Source of the DNA: Amphiscolops sp. MND2022
Lineage: Eukaryota
DNA: 64,000 nt
Reading direction: 5' to 3'
NCBI GenBank assembly: GCA_964187785.1
Contig: OZ076409.1
Location: 66,466,001-66,530,000 of the forward strand
Of the stretch, positions 63,771 through 64,000 are shown in pieces. The translations under genes were made by a program, and so were the position numbers. Below the pieces are notes generated by a model. That model saw nothing but the letters and a program-made list of their open reading frames with translations. It had not been told where the DNA came from and did no database searches. Within the stretch, counting starts at the first letter, position 1. Each line of letters opens with the position of its first letter.

Positions 63771-64000
63771 ATGCCTTCTCATGAGCTAGCTGAAGAACTT
63801 GATCCTTCCAACTCAGACCATGATGCTGATGGAGAGCATGTAGATGTCATACCGACATCTCCAACACCTAATGAAAATGATGGTAGAGTGAGTGAGACTA
63901 GCCAACAGAATCCATTGGATGACCCACCCCCGCCTTATGTAGAGTTCGAAAGTCCTCGGAACTCTAATGAGAACTTGGATGACGATGCAGTTTCTGGGGA
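63771..64000 (+). CDS. Possible host coding exon (acidic, PPxY motif), runs off the right edge
   Basis: Acceptor-like TTTTCTAG at about 63751, then ATG and open frame MPSHELAEELDPS...DDPPPPYVEF... to the window end. Confidence 0.35.
   Translation, partial: MPSHELAEELDPSNSDHDADGEHVDVIPTSPTPNENDGRVSETSQQNPLDDPPPPYVEFESPRNSNENLDDDAVSG

Overview
Eukaryotic (animal-like) transposon-dense window; I found no prokaryotic genes and no CRISPR array. From left to right: the 5' half of a minus-strand BEL/Pao LTR element (1-4397) and a frameshifted SGNH-like ORF. Next is a complex satellite/tandem-repeat domain (about 6.1-39.2 kb) interrupted by a complete 19.2-kb Ty3/Gypsy element (11390-30599, TSD GAACC) and a decayed Ty1/Copia element (32210-37457, TSD CGAAG). 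Then come a PAN/Apple-domain host gene, a Copia relic, nested MITEs, a CRE-like non-LTR element with a PHD finger, a complete BEL/Pao element (51089-60477, TSD AATAC) and a LINE fragment. Two things stand out. (1) Both LTRs of the BEL/Pao element carry an intact antisense JmjC-domain gene with the HxD...H iron-binding triad, resembling KDM2/KDM7 histone demethylases. (2) The Gypsy element carries intron-containing antisense accessory gene(s), one with a zinc finger. Its LTRs, introns, spacers and Pol linkers hold about 55-60 copies (counted by eye) of a GATG-N7-GATG motif, in places phased at about 60 bp. Both are candidate transposon-encoded anti-silencing or regulatory systems; the functions are inferred, not shown.
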